DNA of 44,867 nucleotides, taken from assembly GCF_000143415.4 (NCBI RefSeq), contig NW_003314329.1, positions 699,162 through 744,028 of the forward strand, written 5' to 3'. Positions 13,772 through 24,300 of the stretch are shown here, piece after piece. Each line of letters starts with the position of its first letter. Positions within the stretch are counted from its first letter, which is position 1. A model generated the notes under the pieces. It searched no databases. It saw only the letters and a list, made by a program, of their open reading frames with translations, and was not told the DNA's origin. The translations under genes and the position numbers were made by a program. The DNA comes from Selaginella moellendorffii (Eukaryota; Plantae; Lycopodiophyta).

Positions 13772-14342
13772 CAATTCAGTAGCTTGATAAACATGCAAAT
13801 ACAGAACTTGATGCAAAATCCTTTGATATGTCACAATGCCCCTAGGACCATAAACACATTTCAATAGAGAGGGTCCTTTCATTTCATAACTCCTTACGTA
13901 GATCTTGGTGAAACCAGAGTTAGTGAAGTTAGTTTCTTGTGATCCCACATCTGATTGTGATGTCCCCTTGCAGTGTCGATGGAAAGGTCAATGCACACCA
14001 AACTGTAAAATCTTGGAGCAAAATAACGGTCGGATCTATGGCAAATGCCCCTGATACATTGTAAGGCTCGTGTGGTCTCATGTGGTGTCCGATCGAGATG
14101 CTTCTTTGCAGGGTCATCAAGAAAGACATTGTATACCATTTTGTAAAATCTAGTTGCGATCTAACGGTTGGATCTCCAGAAAACTAAAAAAATCTCGCAC
14201 GTGTCAGAATATTCTAGGAATATACTCCTATGTGCCCCTTAAAATGGCATGCGGCCCCACGCCATTCAAGAGATAACGCCAGATGACGCCGAGCATTTTT
14301 TGGTGCATTTTTTGGGATCAAAATTGCATGAGCCCACACGCT

Positions 14343-15005
14343 TAAACGTCACATCAAATCCTTTGACAAACCAGATCTTATAATTCCTCTGACAAATTTC
14401 AAACTGAGTAGCTTCTAGACTTTGTTGTCGGACGTTGAACTTTGTCACATCATGTCCTTGCCTCGATCCAGCTGTGCCATGTCAGTGATTCGAACTTTGC
14501 CATGCCATGTCAGCGATCCGCGCCAAGATTATTCGCCGTGTAACTGCTCGGCATCTGCCACTTACAGCATTTGCCCAGAAAGGGCATCTTTCTTCACGCA
14601 GCATTTGCCACATATTTAGGGAGGGTTTAGGGTTTAGCAATTCAGTAGCTTGATAAACATGCAAATACAAAACTTGATGCAAAATCCTTTGATATGTCAC
14701 AATGCCCCTAGGACCATAAACACATTTCAATAGAGAGGGTCCTTTCATTTCATAACTCCTTACGTAGATCTTGGTGAAACCAGAGTTAGTGAAGTTGGTT
14801 TCTTGTGATCCCGCATCTGATTGTGATGTCCCTTTGTAGTGTCGATGGAAAGGTCAATGCACACCAAACTGTAGAATCTTCGAACAAAATAACGGTCGGA
14901 TCTATGGCAAATGCCCCTGAAACATTGTAAGGCTTGTGTGGTCTCATGTGGTGTCCGATCGAGATGCTTCTTTGCAGGGTCATCAAGAAGGACATTGTAT
15001 ACCAT
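14343..15005 (+). repeat. Copy-A-specific duplication of the intergenic region
   Basis: 14343-14541 repeats 13081-13278 and 14543-15005 repeats 13675-14139. Copy B has only one copy of each block. Confidence 0.88.
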
Positions 15006-15915
15006 TCTTTATTTAGCTGAACATCTGGCATTTTTGGAAATACAAGATGCTTTGGAATATCCAATCATGCATGGTATAAATATAGCGAGGGTATTAAATG
15101 ATATCCCAATCATGATCTTTCTTTTGGATTTCGCGTGCATGCAGTCCGAGGAATGATGACGTTGCGGATTTCTTTTGGATTTCACGTGCATGCATGCGCG
15201 CGGTGATCCAGAAATTAATGGTGGCGCCCAAGTCCGAGGAATGATGACGTTGCGGGATTACCAACCGTCGTGACATTTCGCGCGTGTGAGGTTAGGTTTT
15301 GCATTTTGCTTCGTACTCACGCTCGCATCGCGCTCGCACACTCGCGCTCGCATTGCGCTCGCACTTGTGATCACGCTCACATTCACGCTCATCTACCTTC
15401 TCTACAGGTTTCTTGTGTGCATCGGCGTCCACTCGCGCTTGCATCACACTCGCGCTCACATCGAGCTCGTGTGCATCAGCGTCCACTTCAAGACACACCC
15501 AGTTTGTAACTTCGCCGCCAACTCCGCCGCCCACTCCGCCACCCACACGCAGCCCACTTGGCGTCCCGGGAGATTTCAGCACCACTCTCCAACTGTAAGT
15601 GGCAGAGTAGCCTTGCTGCTACGATCCGCTGCACACACAGTGCACATTCGCCAGCGAGTCTGGCGTCGATTGTCATGCCTCCATTCGGCTTCAAATGGTA
15701 AGTCTTTTAGGCCAAGTAGAAAATGGCATGAGGCCACATGCCATTCAGTAGCAACATTGGCATGTACCGATTGGGCTCTCGAGTGCAGTCCGGTTACAGA
15801 TGGCGTGTAGCCTCACGCCATCTTAGGATGCAGCCTCAAGACATCTGATGCAGTGGTGAATGGCGTGTGGCCTCACGTTATTTCCAACTGCTAGCTTTTC
15901 ATCTGTCAGCTCTAA

Positions 15916-16655
15916 TTGTTGTGCATTTCTGAACAGGTGAGGAATTGTATTCTTCTTCCAGCCACTGTCAATGTGGATGCAGAGAAGGGGGAGGAGCTCA
16001 CCAGTTGGACTTTTTGGATGGAAGGCAAGGATCTGAGGCTGTACAACACAGATGGTGGGAGAAAAGAATGCATGGGGATCCTCATCCAAGTGACAGACAC
16101 TCCATGGAGTTCCATGCAAGAATATGGACTGGCACTTGTGGTAGAGACAGCGTCCGCCTTCAAGATCCACCTTGCACATCCTAGCGGCTTCCCGGAGGGG
16201 GGCAGCGGCTATGAGAAATTCCTAGAGGGAGCTAGGGAGAGGTTGTCTAGGAGGCCCACAATTTCAACGCTCTGGGTTCAACTGAAGAAGCCACAAAAAC
16301 CAGGACAAGGACGTGCACTAGCAACTAGCGCCTGGCAGGTAAGCCTCGTTGCATGTGGCATAGCATGTGGCCTCACGCCATTTCCATTGCAGGAATTCTC
16401 GAGTCTTCTCTCGAAAACACTGGGGGTCAATGACACACTCAGCATCCATAACATTCTACTCGCGACAAAAGTTGTTTTTGACAAATGGGTAGATGTGCTG
16501 AGGAGGTACCATGACGGGGAGTTGCTAAACTCAATGGGTGTAGAGGACGGCCGGAAGCCCAATGATTTGAAGCTCAACGCCTTGTGTTTCTCGCGGTCTC
16601 TAAATGACGACGACCTTCTGACAGTGGCTAATGCTCTTCTACATGGTGAGGTAGT
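15916..16655 (+). pseudogene. 5' fragment of the accessory gene in copy A, with an internal deletion of about 0.77 kb that removes the ParB-like domain
   Basis: Matches 23646-23290 and then jumps to 22516-22130 (RRPTIS|TLWVQLKK, microhomology GCT). Homology ends 10 bp before the TIR at 16666. Confidence 0.88.
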
Positions 16656-16826
16656 GGTAAGTAAAGCTCTATTTCGTTAAAGTGGGAATTGCCATTATCC
16701 CACTTGTAAAATAAGGTTTCCAAACCTTTATATAGTATATAAATATAACAAAATTCAACTGCATTGAGGCACATGCCATTTTATTTTAAACAAGGAAATG
16801 TCTACTCAATCACTTCTCCTCCCCTT

Positions 16827-17975
16827 TGTAAGCCACAAATTTTTCCTTTCCACTTTGCCAGCTTACCTCGCCTATCCGTCCAACACTGCCTTGGCTTTTG
16901 CTAAGTTCCCTCGCCAAGGTTCTCGCCTATGGTACCAGCTCCTACTTGGTTTCAGCTACTCACTGCACGAGCAACGGAGTGTTAGCCATCCTTCCATGGA
17001 TTCCCAAATCACTCCCAATCCCCCTCCCCGGGTTAGACTGGACTTAAGGTTCGGCTACACTCCCCGCAAGCACAAGCAGCCAAGCACACCAAGATTCCAG
17101 GTTCCTAACATCCCTTGGTACCACAAGACTTGATCATGGGACCCTCTAAATCCCAAGTCTTGAGTGCAACACTTGCTTCGGGACGCCGGGGCGAAACACC
17201 GTGGCCTAGCGGCCCGGTATGGGTACCTCTCGCCCCCCACTTCCATCCCGAAGGAAGGCCCAAGCCCCTAGGAAGGGCGAGGACCAATGAGCCGCATGGT
17301 ACTCAAGTGGGGCACCACTCCACCTGAGCCGGGAGCACCGCAATCGGTTTCCCTTTCGGGAGTGGGAGCTGCTCTTGAGCACTTCCTTGGATGGCCCCTC
17401 CGGCACCAGCCAAGTCCCTGCTCACTCCCACCCAAGGCCCCTCGGTCCCAGTCCCAACCTCAAGTCGGTTTGGAAGCCCAACTGGAGAGTCCCTTCAAAA
17501 CTGGTTCCTGGACCTCACTATCCCTACTATACTTTTGGAACCCCCTGCAGCCCCCCCCCCCCTGGGAGACGCACGCTTTGGGCTTTCACCCCTTGACCCG
17601 TATTAGTATTTGGACTTAGTCTCTGGCTCGATCTCGGACCCGATTTCGGATCCGACTTCGGATTCGGGTTCGGACTCGATCACGGACTCAATCTCGGACC
17701 CGATCTCGGACCCGACCTCGGACTCGACCTCGGACTCGGTCTTGGACCCGATTTCGGATCTCGGACTCCGTCTTGAACTCGGTCTCGAACTCGGACTCGA
17801 ACTCGGTCCCCGAGTCGGTCTCGGACTCGATTCCGGACTCTATCTTGAACTCGGTCCTAGAGTCGGTCTTGGACTCGATCCTCGACTTGGTCCCATCCGA
17901 TGAACTCTTTGTCACTTCGGTCAAGCTTTTGGGGATCCCTTAGCCTACGACATCTCGGGGAGTCGGTTCCTTACA
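16827..17975 (-). mobile_element. Solo LTR of 1149 bp from the chromovirus family seen at the window end
   Basis: TGTAAG...CTTACA ends and 5-bp TSD CCCTT (16822-16826, 17976-17980). About 17750-17975 is the reverse complement of 44650-44867. Internal ctcggac-type tandem array at 17620-17890. Confidence 0.92.
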
Positions 17976-18479
17976 CCCTTGCCACTGCTTCACCTCTCTC
18001 TTCTCCTTGTCATCGTCGTCCAATTTCTTTCCATCCTTTTAATATTGGCTCAGTTGCTCCGAGTCTAGGTGGAGCCCAAGTCCCCATTCAATCTTTACTT
18101 TCCCCTTATTAATAAAACAACTTTGTAGACTTCCAATAACATGCTGTAACATTTCTATTATAATGCAAATCCTCTCAAAGAATTGTCTTTTAATATTAAT
18201 ACAATGGCATGGAACCCCATGCCATAATAAGTTACATTTTTAAATAAATACATGCCATCTCAGACTGTTATTTTTTGCCTCCAACGCCTATACAATAATC
18301 TTGGAATTTCATCACTCTCCACACTATCAGGATTTAGACCCAATAGTAATGCCATTTCTTCTCTAATACGTCCATGCTCATGTTCAGTGGTCGAAGAACC
18401 CATCCGGTTGAGCAGATTATGGAGATGCGGATAGTGCTTGGCTAGACAATATACATGCCATAAATGATGACTGGTGTCT

Positions 18480-19120
18480 GTCCGATCAAATGGCTTCTGA
18501 TATACCGTTCCATCTGCCATTTGGTTGATTTCTATAGCCACCTCCTGGACTGGCCGGTTCTCTATCACCATCGCTCCAAGCCGTTTTGCAAGGTCCCCTA
18601 GAACATACAGTTTCTTCTCCCTAGTTTCCATACTGCAAGAGATGGGGTGCACTGCATATGTGTGCGTGTTCGCTGCAATTTTAATCGGCGAGTCATCGAT
18701 GATGAGGATTTCACTTGACCTAGCAGTCCAGTTCATCACTACAGCCTCTGGCTTGACGAAGATGGGCTTGCTACCCTTCACATGGACCATAGTCAAGCAA
18801 TCCTCCTGTGTTAGGAGAAAGTCAAATGGTAATATTACTCGCGTCTGATCGTGCATCATCTATAGCAATGTTAATGCATTGTGGCACATCATGGATGTCC
18901 AAACTCCCAATTGCAAATTGAATCCGGCCCTCTGTTTTAAGTGTCGCATGGTCATTATTAGATCCCGCAGTTTCTCCCGTGCGATTAATGTGAATCTGTC
19001 TCTTTTGACCAACTTGCGATCGCAGGCTTTGGAGGGTGCAGTGACATTCGAGGACGAGCCACGCTCATGGGAGAAAAGGACACCGTTCAGATCAAAAATG
19101 ATACAGTACCTTCGCTGTGA
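18480..19120 (-). other. FCP1/NIF-like HAD-superfamily phosphatase domain of the accessory gene
   Basis: Motifs in the expected order: IIFDLNGVL (motif I variant), LGVWTS (II), TQEDC...KPIFVK (III) and LIIDDSPIK...N..AVHP (IV). Confidence 0.8.
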
Positions 19121-21099
19121 CTCTGAAATGAAATGCGTCAGCATAAAAAATGGTACAAGTCAATTTTACCATCTACAATATTAGCGAATGGTGCTCCCGA
19201 TGGTCGTTGAGAGGGTTTTTGTCGAGGAAACGTGAAGGGCGGAAATACTCTCCTTTGCAATGTGGGGTCAATCGCATCCGATGGCGTGTGGGCACATGCC
19301 ATTTCAGCTGTAGACTCTGGTACAACTGGCTCAACAGTGGTATGGGGTGGTTCCGATGGCGTGTGATCACACGCCATTTCAGCTGGTGCCTCCGTTGGCA
19401 AAGTGGACATGACCAAACAGGCAGCAGGGGCGGTGTAGGGAAGTTCCAACGGCGCGTAGTCAAACGATTAGGCACACGTTGAGTCCGTTAGAAATGAGGA
19501 TACGACCGGCTCGGTGGCTGGGGTGGCCTCATGCGGGTCCAATGGCACCTGGTCACCATCAGTTGGATACGTGGACAAGATTGACTCAGTGGTATGGGCA
19601 GCATCAAGTGGAGCGTGGTCAGCTTGCTTGGCGTTGATATGGATAGTAGCCTCCACCAGCTCTGATGACTCTTGCAGGCAAGTAGAGTCCACTGGCGGAT
19701 CCATATGCATGTCCAAATATCTCCCTTCGATTGAGATGGTATCCTCCCGTGCTACTAAAAACAAACTCATTAGCACATTGAATCGACTATACTGTATTTA
19801 CCATCAACTGCTATTGAGGAACTAGGACCGATATCACTTGGGCGCACTGCTGATTCTGAAGGATTGGACATACGTTTCGACCCTTGCTTGGCACTATCCT
19901 TCCTCGACACTAAAGGCTAGAGTTTGTAAATTCAACTGAATAATCTCTACTTACCATTTGCTCTGCGACCTACATGGACAATGTTAGAAATGGTAAAAGG
20001 TTAGGAATGGATGTACTATTATTTACCTGATGGTTTGTCTTGTATGACCTTCCTCCGCTGCTCTTTGGCCACCTCAGGCTGGCCATCGTTGTCATCATCG
20101 TCGTCGTCATTATTGTGATCGTCACCATTGTGAGGACCATCCAAGTCCTCTTCGTCCTCCTTTTCTTTGTCCTCCTCTTCGTCCTTCTGCTCTTCTTGCT
20201 CATTATCTTTCTCTGGCTCCTCATCCCCCTCCTGCATTTCTTCCATAGGCTGCTCAGGCTGGATGGCTTGTTCTTCCAGGACCATCTTGGGAAAATCATC
20301 TAGCCGAGGCTCCATCTCAAAATACAAGACATCCATAGCTTGTTTTAGTGCGTGACCTAGGACCGTATCCTCACCCGACTGTCTTAACATGGTTTCTACA
20401 CGTTCTTGCACCCTTCGAAGATGACGAGATGAGAAAAACGTGGCCCTGACTTGAAAAGCATCCCTCATCCATTGTACCTCTCCATTGAGATTGGGGAAGG
20501 GGAGTCCGCCATAGGAATCTGAGTCAGGAGGTGGTGACTGGCTGCTTTCACTCAGCCCTTGATCTGCAATGAATGGCATGAGCACACACGCCATAACCGC
20601 GAGGCATTACCTATCATCTTTTCATTGCCCTTCTTCCTTTTCGAATCAAACGCCTCTGATCCCGATGACTGTCCAACATGCTTTCGCTTTTTATGACCAC
20701 TGTCAGTTTGAGCTTGGCTGGTGCTTGCCTGTTTTGCCTTTGAAGAAGTGTCTCCTGCAAGGAATGGCATGAGACCACACGCCATTGCAAATATAATTTG
20801 TACCTCCTTTTCTCCTATTGCTTGTCTGTTTGTCCTTCTTCGACGCGCCACCAGTGCGCTTTTCAGTCCTCGTGTCTGAATATTCACAACGATCTATAAT
20901 CAAAATGGCGTGAGGCCTCACGTGACCTTACCTTGTGCAGGTTGTGAGCTCGGCCCAACATGGGTATCTTCAACAGTAGCTGTTAATGCCGTTTCAGCAT
21001 CTGGGGGTGGCCACGCTCCTGCATACAGAGCTTGTGAGATAACATTTAAACTTAAAGTGCGTACTCACCAGGTTCGCAGAGAAGATACTGTTTTTCTTT

Positions 21100-21730
21100 G
21101 GCAACTGTAATTATATGCTCCATTGAAGTCACCTCTTCAATGGAGTTTGTCACCGCAACACACGGGACACCCTTGAGTAGTGCGGCTCGAAAGAATAGTC
21201 CGCCGCAGTTGTACTCGACAACGCATTTGCCCTTGGAGTCGGAAGCAGGTGACCCACCCGCTATTGTGTTGAAGACCCAGCTGAGCATTTCCCATGTTGC
21301 ACCTGGAGCTTTCTTTGGATTCGAAAGCTCCATAGCCGTCTTCAGTTCCTCAGGCACGGGTAAATTGACCTCCCTCAGATCAATTCGATCGGCCTTGTCG
21401 AACGAAGCTGGGAAGTCACTCTAGTCCCACTCTGCTGCAGGACCAATAACAAGGGCGAGTGTGAAGATGCGGACATTCGTCGGTATCTTCTTCTTAGCCA
21501 TTATCCCATGGATCTCCCGCATCTCCTTGCCTTTCAACCGAGCCTTCACCTCGTTCAAGGCCTTCCAGAACTTGTGATAGGATTCGGAGTCGTAGATCAT
21601 ATAGTGGACTGAAGATTCCACCTTCGCAAGTCCCACCATTAAGTCAATGATGGAGCTGACTTCGTCTGCATGAGTGATCTCCTCGTTTGTGAAGTCCATC
21701 ACACAAAAGATGTTCTTGACCTGCTCATCT
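21100..21730 (-). other. Degenerate beta-class amino-DNA-methyltransferase-like domain of the accessory gene
   Basis: C-terminal WEMLSWVFNTI...KGKCVVEYNCGGLFFRAALLKGVPCVAV resembles L..LI..S..GD.VLDPFxGSG..AA...GR..IG. Upstream IFCVMDFTN sits at a plausible DPPY position. Both catalytic motifs are non-canonical. Confidence 0.42.
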
Positions 21731-22559
21731 CCGTGGGAAACGATGCTCCTCCACCTTTGATCCTCATCTGAATTCACGTATACCCGGTAAGGTTCTCGAT
21801 AGGCCTCTGCTGCGGGGTTGAGCTGTTTCTGAAGCCGGCGGTCGACATCCCTCTTAATGAAATTTGGATACTAATCCAACTTCTCAGCTTTACTTTTCGT
21901 GGCATCCCACAGCAGATCGATGAACTTGGGGGCCCCCTTCACGTACTCGTCGATGTCTTCATTTGACAACTCTAGCGCTTCCATCATCTCTTGCGTGGTG
22001 TCGATGCTCACCCTCTCCACGGCCACTTGCTCGAAGATCCAATCCTTCAATAGCGCACGAGCTCTCAGAGTCGTGCACAAGTCCTCGTATGTCACAATAT
22101 GGCCGGGAGTCATTTTGGTCTTGTTGAAGACTACCTCACCACGTAGAAGAGCATTAGCCACTGTCAGAAGGTCGTCGTCGTCTAGAGACCGCGAGAAATG
22201 CAAGGCTTTGAGCTTCAAATCATTGGGCTTCCGGCCGTCCTCCACACCCATTGAGTTTAGCAACTCCCCGTCATGGTACCTCCTCAGCACATCTACCCAT
22301 TTGTCAAAAACAACTTTTGTCGCGAGTAGAATGTTATGGATGCTGAGTGTGTCATTGACCCCCAGTGTTTTCGAGAGAAGACTCGAGAATTCCTGCAATG
22401 GAAATGGCGTGAGGCCACATGCTATGCCACATGCAACGAGGCTTACCTGCCAGGCGCTAGTTGCTAGTGCACGTCCTTGTCCTGGTTTTTGTGGCTTCTT
22501 CAGTTGAATCCAGAGCTTCCGTGTTCGTGCCAATGTCTCGTGCAGACCCGATTTGTAGC

Positions 22560-22956
22560 ACGTTTCTTGCCTGACATTCTGCGCGTGGGAGATGTATATG
22601 ATAGATCGGAGGGGCGAATTGCCTTTTATCAGGCGGACAACTCTTGTCTTGAAGACTTTCTTCACCTCCTTGCCCACCATAATATCCACAACTATCTCTT
22701 GCATCACCAAGCTAGAATGCTGCCCGGAGACGGCATAAAACCGGATGTTTTAATCGTCCAACACCTTCCTATTGATCAAGTCTGGAAACCTCGTCTCGCC
22801 CTTCATTGTTCGGTAGTAGGGGATCACGTCTGCGATGTCGGGTGTTACTGGACTTGCCAGCATCTTCTGCTTCAGTTTCTCCACCCACTCATCAGATACT
22901 AGCCTGTGGTTGTATTTGCTTTGGATGTCGATGTGGCTCACGTCGATTGTATATAC
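22560..22956 (-). other. ParB/Srx-like domain of the accessory gene
   Basis: IDVSHIDIQSKYNHRLVSDEWVEKLKQKM...DVIP, then in frame across the 22750 stop FYAVSGQHS (22714-22728), ...VRLI...YISHAQN. This follows the ParB N-domain pattern (N.R..VE.L..S / Y.I..GxxR / ..EN). Confidence 0.58.
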
Positions 22957-24169
22957 TTTGTTGAAATAGTAACAAGTACTATTATCTGCGATGATTTTTG
23001 CTGCCTCTTCTTGCTCTTTCTGCTCTTTGCGGCTCTTCTTTTTGGTGGGTGTAGTGTTTGAACCCGAGGCAATGGCATCACCGAGTAGCTTCTTTTTTGG
23101 AGCAGGAGAGTCGGACGTCGGCTTGAGCTTGACCACCCTTTTCTGCTTCGAGGTAGTTTCCAGATCGACCCCCTTCCCCTTCGCTTCGCAAACTGGAGTC
23201 ACTCTCAATGGCTCAATGTTGGAATATAGTTTTTGAACATCGCCGTAGGTGAGGTCTGTGGATTCCATGTGATCTTCATAGACCCGCAGCGTCTTTGAAA
23301 TTGTGGGCCTCCTGGACAACCTCTCCCTAGCTCCCTCTAGGAATTCCTCATAGCCGCTGCCCCCCTCCGGGAAGCCGCTAGGATGTGCAAGGTGGATCTT
23401 GAAGGCGGACGCTGTCTCTACCACAAGTGCCAGTCCATATTCTTGCATGGAACTGCATGGAGTGTCTGTCACTTGGATGAGGATCCCCATGCATTCTTTT
23501 CTCCCACCATCTGTGTTGTACAGCCTCAGATCCTTGCCTTCCATCCCGAAAGTCCAACTGGTGAGCTCCTCCCCCTTCTCTGCATCCACATTGACAGTGG
23601 CTGGAAGAAGAACGCAATTCCTCACCTGTTCAAAAATGCACAACAATTAGAGCTGACAGATGAAAAGCTAGCAGTTGGAAATAACGTGAGGCCACACGCC
23701 ATTCACCACTGCATCAAATGTCTTGAGGCTGCATCCTAAGATGGCGTGAGGCTACACGCCATCTGTAACCGGACTGCACTCGAGAGCCCAATCGGTGCAT
23801 GCCAATGTTGCTACTGAATGGCATGTGGCCTCATGCCATTTTCTACTTGGCCTAAAAGACTTACCATTTGAAGCCGAATGGAGGCGTGACAATCGAGGCC
23901 GGACTCGCTAGCGAATGTGCACTGTGTGTGCAGCGGATCGTAGCAGCAAGGCTACTCTGCCACTTACAGTTGGAGAGTGGTGCTGAAATCTCCCGGGATG
24001 CCAAGTGGGCTGCGTGTGGGTGGCGGAGTGGGCGGTGGAGTTGGCGGCGAAGTTACAAACTGGGTGTGTCTTGAAGTGGACGCCGATGCACATGAGCGCG
24101 ATGCAAGTGCGAGTGTGATGCAAGCACGAGTGGACGCCGATGCACACAAGAAACCTGTAGAGAAGGTAG

Positions 24170-24300
24170 ATGAGCGCGAATGTGAGCGTGATCGCGAGTG
24201 CGAGCTTGAGTGTGCGAGCGCGATGCGAGTGCGAGTGTGCGAGCGTGATGCGAGCGTGAGTGTGCGAGCGCAATGCGAGCGCGAGTGTGCGAGTGTGAGT
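24170..24300. repeat. CpG-rich (tgcgag)n-like array upstream of the accessory gene
   Basis: Repeated gcgagtg / gcgagcg units; shorter version in copy A at 15315-15390. Confidence 0.8.

Larger units (their letters stand above)
8600..16655 (-). mobile_element. Large TIR DNA transposon, copy A (keeps the transposase-side end; truncated inside the accessory gene)
   Basis: TIR at 8600-8621. Reverse-complement homology to 22130-28300, transposase at 9390-12462 and accessory-gene fragment at 15916-16655. Confidence 0.9.
18260..23646 (-). pseudogene. Transposon accessory gene of about 1,640 codons and at least 10 exons: ParB/Srx-like, helical, degenerate MTase-like, basic/acidic linker, FCP1-like phosphatase; 5 in-frame stops and no frameshift
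   Basis: GT-AG introns at 22393-22446, 21019-21068, 20876-20931, 20755-20803, 20564-20610, 19970-20026, 19910-19954, 19752-19801 and 19123-19169 (45-57 nt; the last eight are all phase 1) keep one reading frame. Stops at 22750 TAA, 21871 TAG, 21421 TAG, 19468 TAA and 18860 TAG. The true start codon is uncertain. Confidence 0.78.

Noticed and set aside
15270-15810. Overlapping His/Arg/Ala-rich ORFs here and at 12560-13029, 23868-24357 and 25720-26141
   Set aside because: They arise from GC-rich low-complexity repeats that are open in several frames, with no recognisable domains.
17610-17924. Ser/Asp- and Glu-rich ORFs
   Set aside because: They are translations of a short tandem array inside the solo LTR.
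18260-23646. In-frame TAA/TAG as an alternative genetic code or U-to-C editing sites
   Set aside because: This is nuclear repeat DNA, and the sister transposase copy has C at a homologous stop. Deamination of methylcytosine is the simpler explanation.
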